A stretch of 64,000 nt of DNA from Octopus vulgaris (Eukaryota). Positions within the stretch are counted from its first letter, which is position 1. Each line of letters opens with the position of its first letter. The notes below the pieces were generated by a model. That model was not told the origin of the DNA. It ran no database searches and saw nothing but the letters and a program-made list of their open reading frames with translations. Below are positions 13,492 through 26,870 of the stretch, one piece after another. The DNA lies in assembly GCA_951406725.2 (NCBI GenBank), contig OX597825.1:39122001-39186000 (forward strand), written 5' to 3'. The translations under genes were made by a program, and so were the position numbers.

Positions 13492-14536
13492 TCGTTTTTA
13501 CTTTTAATCTGCATGTTTGTTACAGTCACTTGCCGAAATACACCCAGTGCCGTAGAGCGAGCGAAAGATAAGAGATTTTACAGCATGACTAAAATCTTGT
13601 GTGGGGGATGTAGTGAAATAGCTTCATGTAATACATCACACATTTAAATGGATAGGCATTTTCTTAGGTTGTGGGCAGTACTTGTCAGCACAATCTTTTG
13701 AATTTCACTGAGACATGGTTCTTTTAGTATCGTGTCTAGATGTTTCTGACATCCTTTTTATCATACCTGAAGAACGTAAAATAACAGGAACAGTTCTCGT
13801 TTTAAGATGCCATATCTTTTGTATTTCAAGTTCCAGGTCCTTGTATTTACTTAGTTTGTCAAATTCCTTGAGAGACACATTATTATTAGTTTGAACACTT
13901 ACTTTTATTAGTGTACAAGTCCTTTCTTACTTGTCTTAAATAATTATATCTGCTCGATCAGCCTGATTGTTCTGTCAGTGTTGATTGGAAATCCCAGAAG
14001 ATAGTGAAAATATTACTTTCAGCAACTACCCCAGGAAGGGGTTGGTACCAGTTAGTAGAAGTACTGATTTTGCAGTCTTTACATATTTTCAATCGTGGTG
14101 ATTTTTGTATTTGTTTGGTATCATCCCGAGACAAGATGGACAACCGTTTCGTGAAACGTGTCGCAGAATGTGCATTTAGGATTAGAACAGTTTTGAAAAA
14201 CGTTAGGCTGGTAGATTTTTTGTGAGAAAGCTTTGGTATTGTGCCGCCAATATGAAACTTTCAGTTTCTGCTTTCAGTTCAATGATGGGTTGTTGATTCA
14301 TGTACATCAACATTTCCAGTTCAAAGAATATACGGTCCATGCAGAGGCTTCTAGATCCATCGCTCCTTAAATTGTTTCTGCTAGTTCAATTTTGCAGTCT
14401 GCTTGATCCATTTTGCTTGTATTGTGGGCTTGGTTTCAGGTTCTACAACTATTTTGGGTTAATGCTAAGTTCTCTTGCGAATTTGCAACTTCCTTGGTGA
14501 TCGTATGTGACTTTTGCTGCTTTCGTATTTGCACAC
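13492..14536 (-). mobile_element. Degraded R4/Dong-like 3' fragment, copy 3 (distinct lineage)
   Basis: Minus-strand peptides EIQKIVLTSTAHNLRKCLSI* (stop 13644-13646), DKLSKYKDLELEIQKIWHLK and TIFWDF; different 3' UTR. Confidence 0.8.
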
Positions 14537-14668
14537 ATCATCATCATCATCATTATTGCTATTATTATTATTTTTATTACTAATAATATTATTATTATTA
14601 TCATTATTATCATTATTATTATTATTATTATTGTTATTATTATTATTTTATTATTATTATTATTATTA

Positions 14669-14703
<35 letters not shown>
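14537..14703. repeat. (TCA)/(TTA)n array
   Basis: Direct inspection. Confidence 0.9.
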
Positions 14704-14704
<1 letters not shown>

Positions 14705-17700
14705 TTTTTTTTTCTTCTTTCAAATTTTCTTCCATTTCTTGCCGAGTGTCTTCCCGACTCCTAGGGCAAAGAAACTCATAGTGTATATTGGTAGGCCATT
14801 AAACCAAACTCAGTAGTTCGTTAACTTTTTTTTTTTTTTTTTTTTTAAAGTTCAATTAAAATGCATGAGCAGCAACAGTTCTCACATCGACAATGCTCTT
14901 CTCAATACGTGTGATGTACCAGTTAAGACAAACTTTTGCACTTCTTGCAGGGATGGTAAGCCAGGGATCATTCTCATATAATTTTCGGTTCCCTTCTTGA
15001 TCATTCCTAGTTCTCCTACGATCACTGGTATTGTAACCGCCTTGAGATGCCACATTTTCTCAATTTCAATGAGTAGGTCTTTATATTTTCTGAGCTTGTC
15101 AAACTCTTTCGCTGAGATATTATGATCACAGGGGATGCTCATGTCTATCAATAAGCAAACTTTATTGTTTTGGTCTTTCACAACAATATCTGGTTTATTG
15201 GCCTTGATGGTTCGGTCTGTATGTACTGGAAAGTCCCACAGAATGGTTACATTTTCTCCTTCAGTTACAGCCTCAGGGTGGTGATTATACCACTTGTCGG
15301 CAGTTTTGATATTGTAATGCCGACTTATTAGCCAGTGGAGATATTGGCCAACTCTGTCATGTCTTAATTTATACTCCACTGGTGCTAAGACTTTACATCC
15401 AGAGATTAGGTGGTCCACTGTTTCAATCATGTCGTTGCAGAATCGGCATTTTGGGTCTGCTCCATTTTTCATCACATTGGCCTGGTAGTTCCGGGTTGAT
15501 AGGCTTTGGTCTTGAGCAGCCAGGATGAAACCTTCGCTCTCTGCTTTTAGCCCTGAGCTCCGCAACCACTGATTGGTTTGCTTCTGTTCAACATCAGCTT
15601 GTTTGCTGCGGGTCACATATTTGCCGTGCAGAGGTTTCTCCTCCCACCTATCAGCCAATTGCTCGTGCGCTTTTTTCATTGCCATCATTTTCACCTTCTT
15701 TGCAACAATAGTTGCCGTACTTCCCTCGGGTTGTTCAGTTTGGGTATCCTGCACGAGATCAATAGCAAAGTTTTTGCTTTCCTTGATGATAGAATGAAGC
15801 TTCTTTCGTCTCTCGTGATTTTCCACGAGCTTTAGCATCCAGTCATTCGATATTTCGAGATATTTGGCCAGTCCAATTGTGGTTGTTTTGTAAGCTAGTT
15901 CAAATTGGATCAGGCCTCGACCTCCTTGGGCTCTGGGAAGGTAAAGGCGATCTACGTCTGCCTGTGGGTGGTGCATCCTATTACAACTCAGCAGCTTGCG
16001 TATTTTTCTATCTATATTCTTTACTTCACTCATATTCCAGTTCAACACATTGTAGCTATAAGTAACAACTGGAACTGCTAGGGAATTTATAGCTAACACC
16101 TTGTTACGTGCATTTAGTTCAGATTTCAGGACTGCACGAACTCTCCTATAACATTCCTTCCTGATTTTCTCTTTCATGCTTGCATGCTGAATACCAGAGC
16201 CTTCATTTATCCCTAAATATTTGTATGTTTGTTCTTGCTCAAGCTCTCTTATGACTGTGTCAACATCTAACACGACTGAATTTGTGGTCTTCACTTTCCC
16301 TTTCTGGAAAGTGGCCTTGGCACACTTCTCAAGTCCAAACTCCATCCCGATGTCATCGCTGAATGATTTCACGGTGCGCAATAGGCCTTCAAGTTCATTA
16401 TTGTCTTTACCATAAAGTTTTAAGTCATCCATATAAAATAGATGGCTTATTTTTTTATTGGCAATTTAATACCCATACCTTGTTCTGTTTAATTCACTTG
16501 TAAGGGGTATTAGGGCTATGCAGAATATTAAAGGTGAAAGTGAGTCACCTTGAAAAATTCCACAGTTGATGTTTATATTTTCTGAGGCAAGTACTCCATT
16601 AGAGTGGTATAATTGGAGATTCGTATTCCACAACGACATATTGTGCTTCAGGAAGTTTGAAATCACAGGGGAAATTTTGAAGATGTCCAGCGATCTCAAG
16701 ATCCATGGATGCGGTATACTGTCGAAGGCCTTTTTATAGTCAATCCATGCGGTGCTGAGATTTCTGCGCTTGTTGTGACAGTTCTCAAGGATCATACGAT
16801 TGATTAGCAGTTGATCTTTGCATCCGTAAGAGCCTCGGCGGCACCCTTTTTGTTCAATGGGGAAAATATCGTTCTTCTCCATGAATGCATATGTTTTCTC
16901 CGCCAGGATAGATGTTAGGATTTTATACGTGGTGGATAGACAGGTTATAGGCCGATAGTTTTTTGAAGGTTGGTTTCGTTATTCTTTGGGAGTAGGTAAG
17001 TAATGCCACTTGCTAACCATTCAGGTGTTTTCTTTGGGTCTCTCATAATTCCATTGAGCAGCTGAACTAGCTTACCGTGTGCGCACGGGAGCGATGCGAG
17101 CCAGAAATTCGGCACCCTATCTTTACCGGGGGATTTCCAATTATGGGCCTTCGTGAGTGCCTTTCTTAGGTCTGCTATTGTGATGTCTTCCCATGCTTGT
17201 TGTTGTAAATTTTGGTAGGATCCTTCAGTTTGTATAATCCAGTCTGCATTTATGTTGTACGTCTTCTTGTCACTCCAAATCCTTTTCCAAAAGTTTTGAA
17301 CTTCTTCCATCGGAGGGGGGTCTTTAACGGTTACTTTCTCCTTCCCTATTTCTCTGTAGAATGTTTTGGCATTGGATGTGAACAGCTTATTTTGCTTGTA
17401 AAACTTGTTTCTCTTCTCAAATCTTCGTATTCTTTGGGCTTTTGCATGGACTTTTTGTTTCAGCGTTTCTTTTATTGATATCAGTTCTTCTCTTGGTGAG
17501 GATCCAAATTTTCTCTTCATCTTTCTTCCTGTTCTGGATCTTACATCATTTCCACATATTAGTTCATTTAATATTGATATTTCCCCTCTCATAAATACAA
17601 TCTCTTTTTTAATTTTACTTCTCCAGGTTTGATTTCTTCCCAGGTTTTGTTTTCTTTGTTTTTTCGGGGGCATACAGCTGGTTTCAATTGCCCTAGCAGA

Positions 17701-17984
17701 AGCGTAAATAATTTCATTTAACTCAGTAAAATCAGGTTTTAATTCTCGTATTATTTCATTTGTTACATAGTTGCCAATTTGGATTTGTTTTTTATTTTGG
17801 TTTGTATTTGAGAGTTTATGAAGCGGTTCTCTATCATTCATACTTGTATGTCTTACAACTTCAAGCGTATTCAGGATTTTCTGCCTCATTTCTGCTATAG
17901 ACTCTCTGTGTTCTTCAGCAAATGCGAGATCTTCAGTTACTGTTGGTTTTTCGTTTTCCTGGCTATCTTTAACAGGTACAATAG
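14704..17984 (-). mobile_element. R4/Dong-like non-LTR retrotransposon, copy 4 (third lineage, longest copy)
   Basis: ORFs 16945-17889, 16466-16882 and 14882-16432 join into one ~1000-aa RT-CCHC-REL frame; (TTA)n on both sides. Confidence 0.95.
14882..17889 (-). pseudogene. RT + CCHC + REL polyprotein with one frameshift (~16965) and one nonsense codon (16466-16468)
   Basis: KSPGKDRVPNFWL, DYKKAFDS, GIFQGDSLSPLIF, YMDD, CRFCNDMIETVDHLISGC, RHD, KPDIVV...LIDMS; GY*IANKKISHLFYMDD reads in frame across the TAA. Confidence 0.93.

Positions 17985-18040
<56 letters not shown>
17985..18040. repeat. (TTA)n array at the 5' junction of copy 4
   Basis: Direct inspection. Confidence 0.95.
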
Positions 18041-18489
18041 CATTTATTTATTTCAGGTTTTGTTGGAACTGTTGATGTCCTGCATGCGTATCGGGCTTGC
18101 TGCCTGCATCCTACGGTACTAACTAATATTTTCCTGTTTTTATTCTGGCCGTGCGAAGGAAGCAAAACTTTTACAACACTTCCACTGGTCACTCTGTTCC
18201 GATTTCATTGATATTCTTTTTTGGTGCCGTCTGATATTCCTCAACGACTCAACAATAAATGGTACTATCTTCACCTTCTTCAGTTTCCATAAACTAGCTT
18301 TTTCGTACTAAGAAGGATTATATTTTTCAATTTTTCGACTTCCTTCTTGACTATTCGTTGGACAAAGGGGCACACAATATCAACTACATAGCACATGTGG
18401 TGCATCATGTCGACCACCACTAATATAATCTAGCATTTGATCTGTTAGGATTGGGAAATCATTAATGATAGTTTTACCATTATTATCAT

Positions 18490-18640
18490 TTAATTCCGTC
18501 GATGTCGACATTGCCTTTCATCCTTTCAGGGTCGATAACCTAAGTACCAGTGAAACACTGGGGTTGATGTAATCGACTAGTATTCTCCCCCCCACCAAAA
18601 AAAAAATCACACGTATTTGTGTCTTCAGTAGAAAGGATTA
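18490..18640 (+). mobile_element. SINE family A, 5'-truncated
   Basis: gcctttcatcctttcagggtcgataacctaagtaccagtgaaacactggggttgatgtaatcgact matches the copy at 4286-4517. Confidence 0.75.
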
Positions 18641-19260
18641 CACTTGTCAGTAACAAAATTATTTTCTAAATCTTTTTAGCTGATTTAGGACACTTCTGAT
18701 ATGCAAAATCCAAAAATCACATTAGTTTTGCTCAATCAGGCCAGTTTTTGAACTATGGCCACATGATATTTCTAACGTTTTTGTATAGATGTAGGGGTAT
18801 TTTTACATTATATGATGCGAAATTTTTTTCTTGAAATAAACGAACACAGAAGAGTTTGTATGCACCTATTGATAACTAATTGGCATTTTTATTTTACAGA
18901 TGAAAGTAATAGCTTCGACCAGTGAATCTTGCAAACGTAAGCCCAATGTATTCTGCTACATCTGCGGTGAATACACCATTGTTCCTAACAGAAATACTGT
19001 CACAAATTTCATGCAACGTGCTTACCTTGCTTATTTTGGCATTAAACTTGGTGATCAGGATACAGTTTGAACGCCACATATGATCAGCAAAACATGCACC
19101 GAGAATCTGCGTCAGTAGACTAAGGGCGAGACAAGTTGTCTGAAGATTGGAATTCCCATGGTTTGGAGGGAGCCGACAAACCATGGTATTGACTGCTATT
19201 TCTGAACTCTTGATGTGACTGGGACCAACAGATAAGACCGTAGCAACCTCAATCAACACG
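18641..19260 (+). mobile_element. Chapaev3-like (CMC superfamily) DNA transposon 5' fragment
   Basis: Starts CAC after tta; frame from ATG 18900 reads CKRKPNVFCYICGEY...AYLAYFGIKLGDQDTV*TPH...LRQ*TKG...GIPMVWREPTNHGIDCYF*; family recognised from memory. Confidence 0.65.
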
Positions 19261-21366
19261 TCATCATCATCATCATTATTAATATCATTATTATTATTTC
19301 ATATACTCACAACAAATCGAACTGCTAGAAAAGAAAATGTTCCAAACTTGAGGCTAAAACAAGTAACCTTAGATGCCAAGAACCCTCCTAAGTACCTTAA
19401 ATGTTTCTAATAACAATGTTTTCTGGAGCTGTACTAAACTGGGTTTATGCGCATTTCCTCTATCCATCAATTCAAATATGTAGGAATGGTTCCTAATGCA
19501 CCTATAACTACCAGGATACCTTTTTATCCGCACAATCTATAGTCTCTGTAATTGAATGTGTAGATCATCGTTTCGGGGCCGATAAAATATGTACTAGTTA
19601 AAAACTGGGGAAGATGTAATCGAATTATCCCCTCCTCCGAACATGCTGAATTTGAACTTATTTTTTGCATTTATTTTACTATTCTGTGTTGTTACACCTT
19701 ATATAGACATCGCCAATGAAATTTTATCGTACAATATATGGTTCTTATTTGAGGAAGTATCTACTTCACATAAATGGATGTTAACTATAGTACATACTAG
19801 TATATAAAATAGTATTCATGTTCACACAAACACATACAAACATTCATATATGTGTGTTTGTGTGTGTGGAGTGTCTGTCTGTCTGTGTACATATGTGAAT
19901 GTATGTTTAAACATTACGTTTATCAATTCGTTTTGAAACACTCCCAACATGAAATCGTATGTTCAAACAAGTATTGTTGTATTTAGGGATGGTAATTTTC
20001 TTCCGCCAAATAAACACACGCAATATCCTGAAATACAACAATATATGTTTAAACATTCCTCTCGAAAAATATCCAGCATTATTACCTAACACTTGTATGA
20101 CACAAATGTATGCTCTGTAATTTCTCTACTCTTATTCATAGATATAAGTTTAATCTCACAGTAATTAATTTGATAATCTCATATTAGCCTTTGTAATTTG
20201 ATTTAAGTACGTTAACGCATTATCGTTGAATGTATTGTACCGTCCCATCCACCCCACTAAGTATTTGCACTTTAAATCTGCTTACATTTCTCTTTAGCTG
20301 CACAATTACTATTGTCCATCACAATTTAGAATTTTCAATTTGCCGTCTACCGTACTGATAAATATACTCACAGGAGCATATAATCTCCCGAGCAATCATT
20401 ATGTATTCTAATCCTTTAGATAAATCCTCACAGTCGCGAGAAAAGGGGAACACTGCGCTTGTCTCCGTTTATTTACTGACTGGAAAGATAGCGATTTGGT
20501 GACGATTATCCGATTCCTGCAGCAAAACGAATAATTGTTTTCTAGCACATCACCATTATCTGAGATTATCATTCGAAGAATGATTCCCTAAGACCTTGTT
20601 TTAATTAACGATTGTGATTTACACATCTGGTGACGTAAATTAGAAAATGAAAAAAGAAAGTATATAAAAGAATTCAATATAAACAAAAGTGTTAAAATAA
20701 ATATTAAACCTTAATCGATTATCTACTGAAGAACCAAATAACCGAGATATGCCCCACTGTCTCCGATTTTAAGAAATTTCAGATAAGTGAAGTTGAAAAA
20801 TTCATTGTCCATGTATCAGTAATGAGAACTTTAATTAACGTTAACTGAAGTTAATGATTTAGTCTTTCTTCGGTTTACTTTCCGTCGTCAACGTTATATG
20901 AAAGTGTAAAATGGTTTGCAACTCTATTTGAAATGAGAAAAATACATTCCCATTTGTTAGCCTAATAAAAGAGCGATATTATTTAGTATGTTTCAATGAA
21001 ATTCTTCTTATTTTATTTATCCTCATAGGCATAGAAACAGAATGCAGACTGCCTGTTGTGATGTTATGTACATTCACTAATTAAATATCTCGCTTAAAGT
21101 AACTGAAAATCGCAATGCCTTTGTTCATGTGAGCCTACGCACATTCCTCACTGACTGTTATATATATGTGTATGTGTGTGTATGCGTGTTTTTGTGAGTG
21201 TATGTCCATGTGTTTGTGCGTGTGTATGTCTCTTTGTGTGTATGAGCGCGCGTTTGAGCATATCCGCTTTTGTTTATCTGTGTATTTTTGTATAAATATA
21301 TATATATACTAGTATGTATGTATGTATGTATGTATGTTTGTATGTATGTATGTATGTATGTATGTA

Positions 21367-21746
<380 letters not shown>

Positions 21747-22648
21747 AATGTATATGTATATAGAGAGATAGATAGGTAGATATATAGATATAGATATCGA
21801 TATATAAACATAAGAGCTTACAACTTTAGCAGCTAAATTATTATTTATTTGCACCAAATCATAAACACTTGCCATATAATACATCATACAATCCAACGCA
21901 CACACACGAGCGCTATGCACACCTACTGACACAAACATATATACATAATCATTCATATGTAAAGAATCACTGACATACCAGTAAGCATATACCTGCTCAC
22001 ATTCGTTGATATATTTTAACAGAATACTCCTTAATTATTCTGACATTTAGCTCTTGCAACCCAATATATCTAATTTATCACTTACTGCTTTTTTTTTCCG
22101 AGTCAGTTTTCTCTCTATTCATTCGAATATTTGCCTGAGTTAGCTTTCGAGGTGTATCTGTCTCTATGTCTATCTAGTGTACACCAAATTTACATAGAAT
22201 TACATGCGTATCCTCCACAACAACGTGACATAACATTACACAAAATAGGGAATCAAATTCACACTTATATTACTTTCTTAATTTACTACTAAGAAAATAG
22301 GATAAAAGAGACCAATGCACATATAGATAAGTGCATTAAAGCATATCTCATTGCATCTGCAACACCATATGTGATTAACTGTTTCTGTGTGAGAAGACTT
22401 TTAATATAAACTCTATCAAATTCACTTCAAACTGGTAAGATACCAGCTACTCCCATTTCATATAATGCACCAATAGACTTGTACCAAATAAGAGTGCCCA
22501 CAAATTACAACATTCAAGTGACATTTGTATTTTATTAATATAAGCAAGCGTTTACTAGTTGTAATAATGTATGAAAGTCCACATAAATTCAACAGGTACG
22601 CATACACACACAGCTGCCCTTCAGAAAGTTTATTTACTTTGCTTAGGT

Positions 22649-22687
<39 letters not shown>

Positions 22688-22934
22688 CATGTATGTGTGT
22701 GTGTGTGAGTGTGTGCCTGTGTGTGTGCGCGTGTGTGTATGCGTGTGTGTGTATATATATATAGAGAGAGATTGGTTGTATACTGTCAACTTAACGTGAC
22801 AGTCCTGTAAGGGAACTTCATCACCGCTGTTTAGCCCTAGGAAGCATCGACGCTTTCTGTTGTTTTTGACACATTTCCTGTGTCCTTATGTATTTACGAA
22901 GGGGAGACAAATACCCCCAACAGCTAGGCCTGCA

Positions 22935-22981
22935 TCTAGAGACACGCATGTTTCAGGGTCTTTGCCCATCATCGGTCTAGA
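22935..22981 (-). ncRNA. Type I hammerhead ribozyme candidate (CCGAUGA variant)
   Basis: TCTAGA-CCGATGA-TGGG/CAAAGA/CCCT-GAAA-CATGCGT-GTC-TCTAGA; stem I extends with bulges over 22921-23002. Confidence 0.65.
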
Positions 22982-23023
22982 GTAGCAGAGGCCTGCTAGC
23001 TGAAGATATCTGTCTAGACTTCG

Positions 23024-23449
<426 letters not shown>

Positions 23450-23451
<2 letters not shown>

Positions 23452-24719
23452 GATGAAGAAGAAGAAGAAGAAGAAGGAGGAGGAAGGAGAAGATGGTGGT
23501 GATGATGGTGGCGATGATGATGACGCCGATGATGATGATAACGATGATGATGAAGAAGAAGAAGAAGAAAAAAACAGAGAAAGGAGAATATGAATGGGTG
23601 TAAATATAGCTATGAAGGGGCTGATTAGTAATGGATTCTATGGAGTGTAGTATTTGTGTGTGTATATATATTTTTTTCTTTTATTCTAAAGTTGAGGTAT
23701 ATTAATTGTTTGTCGTAGACCCGTTAAGAAGTGGCTTGTATTTTGTAATAAAGAGATTTTCTTTACTTATTCTTTGTCTCGAGGTTGTATCGTCCCTAAA
23801 TTGGTAGAGGGGGAAAATTCTGAAGTTTGGTGTTTTTTTGTTGGCGCAAGTATCTATGTGTTGGCTAAAAGCTATTTTTCTGTTTTGGGGAATTTTTATC
23901 TGGGATCTGTGCAGGGCCATTCGTTTACGCAAACCATTTTTTGTTTGGCCTATGTACTGCTCTTGACACCCGGAGCAGGTTAGTGAGTATATTAGGTTCT
24001 CCGAAGCACATGTGAAGTTGCTTTTCACTGTAAACCGTTGTCCCTGTTTGAAGGAGAACTCAGAACCCTCGATTAGATAGTCGCATATCCCGCAATTGGG
24101 TCTTCCACATTTTTTTACTGTCGGCTTCTGTGTTGAAGAGTGAATTCGGGCTTGTGTAAGGAGACTTTTCATGGATCTACGGTGTCTTTTACTTTTTATG
24201 ATCGTGTGTGTTTGGAGGATTGTGTTCATTCTGTGGTCTTTTTTTAGGAGGGGTATGTTGTGGAGGATGGTGTCGAAGGCTTCGTTATTGAGAGGGTTGT
24301 GTGTGGAGATGTATGGTAAGGCTTTTGGTTGTAAGTTTTTCTTTGATTTGGGATGTCTCAGTTCCTTGATGTTAAGTTGAAGGGCACGTTGAATGCACTT
24401 GTCAATAAGTGAAGGTGGATAGTTCCTGGTGATTAGGGTATCTTTTAGTTCTTGTAGTCGTGTGTCTTTGTTTGTCACTAATGTTTTTTAGTATAACACC
24501 TACGCTAATTCTATAAACAAGCCTGTCGATATAAATATTCTCCTGAATTGAACTGAGACTGCCAGCCGCCACTGACCATTCAAAATACGACCATCAGGGC
24601 ACTCCCAGATTCTCCCACCCCCTTTCCTCACCAGCCTTCCCTCTACTACCCTACCAAGAACTCACAACTACCTCGAACACACAAGTGCAAACAAGGGAGT
24701 CAGAGAAAGGCAGAATGCC

Positions 24720-24720
<1 letters not shown>
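23450..24720 (-). mobile_element. Penelope-like element (Neptune-like), 5'-truncated, in (TA)n
   Basis: Contains the GIY-YIG ORF; (TA)n on both sides; exact limits approximate. Confidence 0.7.
23702..24478 (-). pseudogene. PLE RT thumb/linker + GIY-YIG endonuclease (open 258-aa fragment)
   Basis: RNYPPSLI (RT thumb end), Cys linker CGRPNCGIC, NLIYSLTCSGCQEQYIGQT...LRKRMALH, catalytic KENLFI...PLLN. Confidence 0.88.
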
Positions 24721-24764
<44 letters not shown>

Positions 24765-24796
24765 TTTTCATATATATATCGTGTGTTCCTTTTCAC

Positions 24797-24854
<58 letters not shown>

Positions 24855-25003
24855 GTATATATATATATTCAGTGAATTTATTCACTAATCACCAAAATCA
24901 GAAATATTAAATTTCTAAATATCTCATAGAGATAGGTACGGTGGTGGGGCGATAGAGTGGATGTATACTGTCAACTTATACTGTGCAATCCCATGAGGTC
25001 TCA

Positions 25004-25047
<44 letters not shown>

Positions 25048-25049
<2 letters not shown>

Positions 25050-25118
25050 ATAAGGGTTTTTTTGCAACAAGTTGCTTAAACCACATACCAAGCAACTTGT
25101 TGCAAAAAACACTTATTG
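25048..25118. repeat. Hairpin/inverted repeat in a (TA)n insert
   Basis: tttttgcaacaagttgctt / aagcaacttgttgcaaaaa with a 12-nt loop. Confidence 0.85.
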
Positions 25119-25249
25119 TTATAATTATATAAATGTTTACCGTATATGGTCCTTTTCCATACCGAGACACTACTCGGTGAAATTTAGTGATTTTATTAAA
25201 TTCATTATATTTCACCCTTTATTTGTGTATATATATATATATATATACA

Positions 25250-25541
25250 GATCGTGAGGTTGTGAGTTCGGATCCCCGAACGGGTTTTGTTCTTGAGCAA
25301 CAAACTTTATTTCACGTTGCTCTAGTTCACTCAGCTCTAGTAATGAGTTGCGACGTCACAGGTGCCTAGCTGTGACGGCCTTTGCCTTTCCCTTGGATTA
25401 CACTGGTGGCGTGGTGAGGGGAGGCTGGTATGCATGAGAAACTGCTGGTCTACAATAAATAACCTTGCCCGGACTTGTGCCTCGTGTGGGGTAACGTTTT
25501 AGTTGCAATCCCATGGTCAGACATGACTGAAGGAGGTCTCA

Positions 25542-25543
<2 letters not shown>
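25250..25543 (+). mobile_element. tRNA-derived SINE (family C)
   Basis: gtgagttcg B-box-like, gttgctctagttcactcagct, gcctttgcctttcccttggat; reverse copy at 37381-37712. Confidence 0.75.
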
Positions 25544-25585
<42 letters not shown>

Positions 25586-25626
25586 TCACACACACTCACA
25601 CACACACAGACATATGTATATAAATA

Positions 25627-25879
25627 CTATAATTATGAGTATAAATATAATTAGGGCTCAGGAAAAATTTGTTTCAGCACAAACCGAAATTTAAAACTGT
25701 TTTCACTACCATAAGAAAATCTCCCTGATAGTAATACTCAACAACTGTATTGCTGTCTGGGAGATTTTCTTATGTTAGTGAAATAGCTAGTTTTAACTGC
25801 TATTTCTAAATTTTGTTATATGGTGAAGTAAATTTTTGCTGAACCCTAATTATAATTATAATTATACTCATAATTATAG
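25627..25879. repeat. Imperfect ~250-bp inverted repeat between simple-repeat tracts
   Basis: ctataattatgagtataa / ttatactcataattatag at the ends; core cataagaaaatctccc / gggagattttcttatg. Confidence 0.8.
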
Positions 25880-26215
25880 AATGTTTGTATAAGTTTATCG
25901 ATAATGATTCTTTTTACATACCGAACTACTTAGTAAAATTATTAATTAATTAATTAATTTTACCCTTTATTATTATTGATTATATATATATATATATGTA
26001 GCGAGAAGTTGAGTTTATAAGAGATAATGGTGTCATTGAGACCCAAATGTGTCAGGTAATGCTGAATAAGTGCTATAGACAGACGAATTATGCCTATAAA
26101 ACGGATTTACGAATTCAATACGCATACATATCTTACATCTATTTTCTTTCCTCCACATCACTCTCTATTTGTATCACATCGAAACTAACTATGACTTGAT
26201 TTTTCCTCTCACACC

Positions 26216-26267
26216 GTCACCGATGAAGAGATATAATTAATTGATATCCTAGAAACAGCTGTAAGAC
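26216..26267 (+). ncRNA. Minimal type I hammerhead ribozyme candidate (CCGAUGA variant)
   Basis: GTCA-CCGATGA-agagatat/aattaattg/atatccta-GAAA-CAGCTGTA-AGAC; palindromic stem III ACAGCTGT. Confidence 0.6.
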
Positions 26268-26420
26268 CTTCTCACTATAAATGGTCTAATATCTATACAT
26301 CCTTGTTTTTTTTTATATCATTACGCAAATAAATATATATATATAGTGGCTATCGATCTATCATAGACTGGAACAAGGAGAGAAACAAGGAGAGAAACAA
26401 GGAGAGAAAAATGTCTGTAG

Positions 26421-26532
<112 letters not shown>

Positions 26533-26545
26533 ATGTTGAGGCACA

Positions 26546-26870
26546 TTAGCCCAGTTGTTAGGACAATGGATTCGCGGTCGTAAGATCGCGATTTCGATTC
26601 CCAGACTTGGCGCTTTAAGTGTCCAAGAGGAACGGCAGGGTTTGTTGGCGAACCCTACTGTACAGTTTCACCAGAACTTTTTCCTAGTCTTTCTTCCTGT
26701 TTATGTAGTACCTGTATTTCAATGGGCCAGCTGTATCTCCCCGAGAACTACGTTAAGTGTACACGTGTCTGTGGAGTGCTCAGCCACTTGCCTGTTAATT
26801 CCACGAGCAGGATTTTCCGCTGATCGGATCAACTGGAGGCTTCGTCGTTGTAACCGAAGGAGTGCCTCGA
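26546..26870 (+). mobile_element. tRNA-derived SINE (family D)
   Basis: gcccagttgttagg...ttcgcggtcgtaagatcgcgatttcgattccc head shared with 35726. Confidence 0.7.

Noticed and set aside
9001-18075. Plus-strand ORFs over the retrotransposon cluster
   Set aside because: Antisense shadows of the minus-strand RT/REL frames
18894-19259. 121-aa minus-strand ORF
   Set aside because: Antisense of the Chapaev3-like pseudogene on the plus strand
26376-26410. Short tandem repeats (aacaaggagaga; also the 17-mer at ~38178-38221 and the duplication at ~1225-1262) as a CRISPR-like array
   Set aside because: No spacers, no cas genes, eukaryotic context; simple slippage duplications
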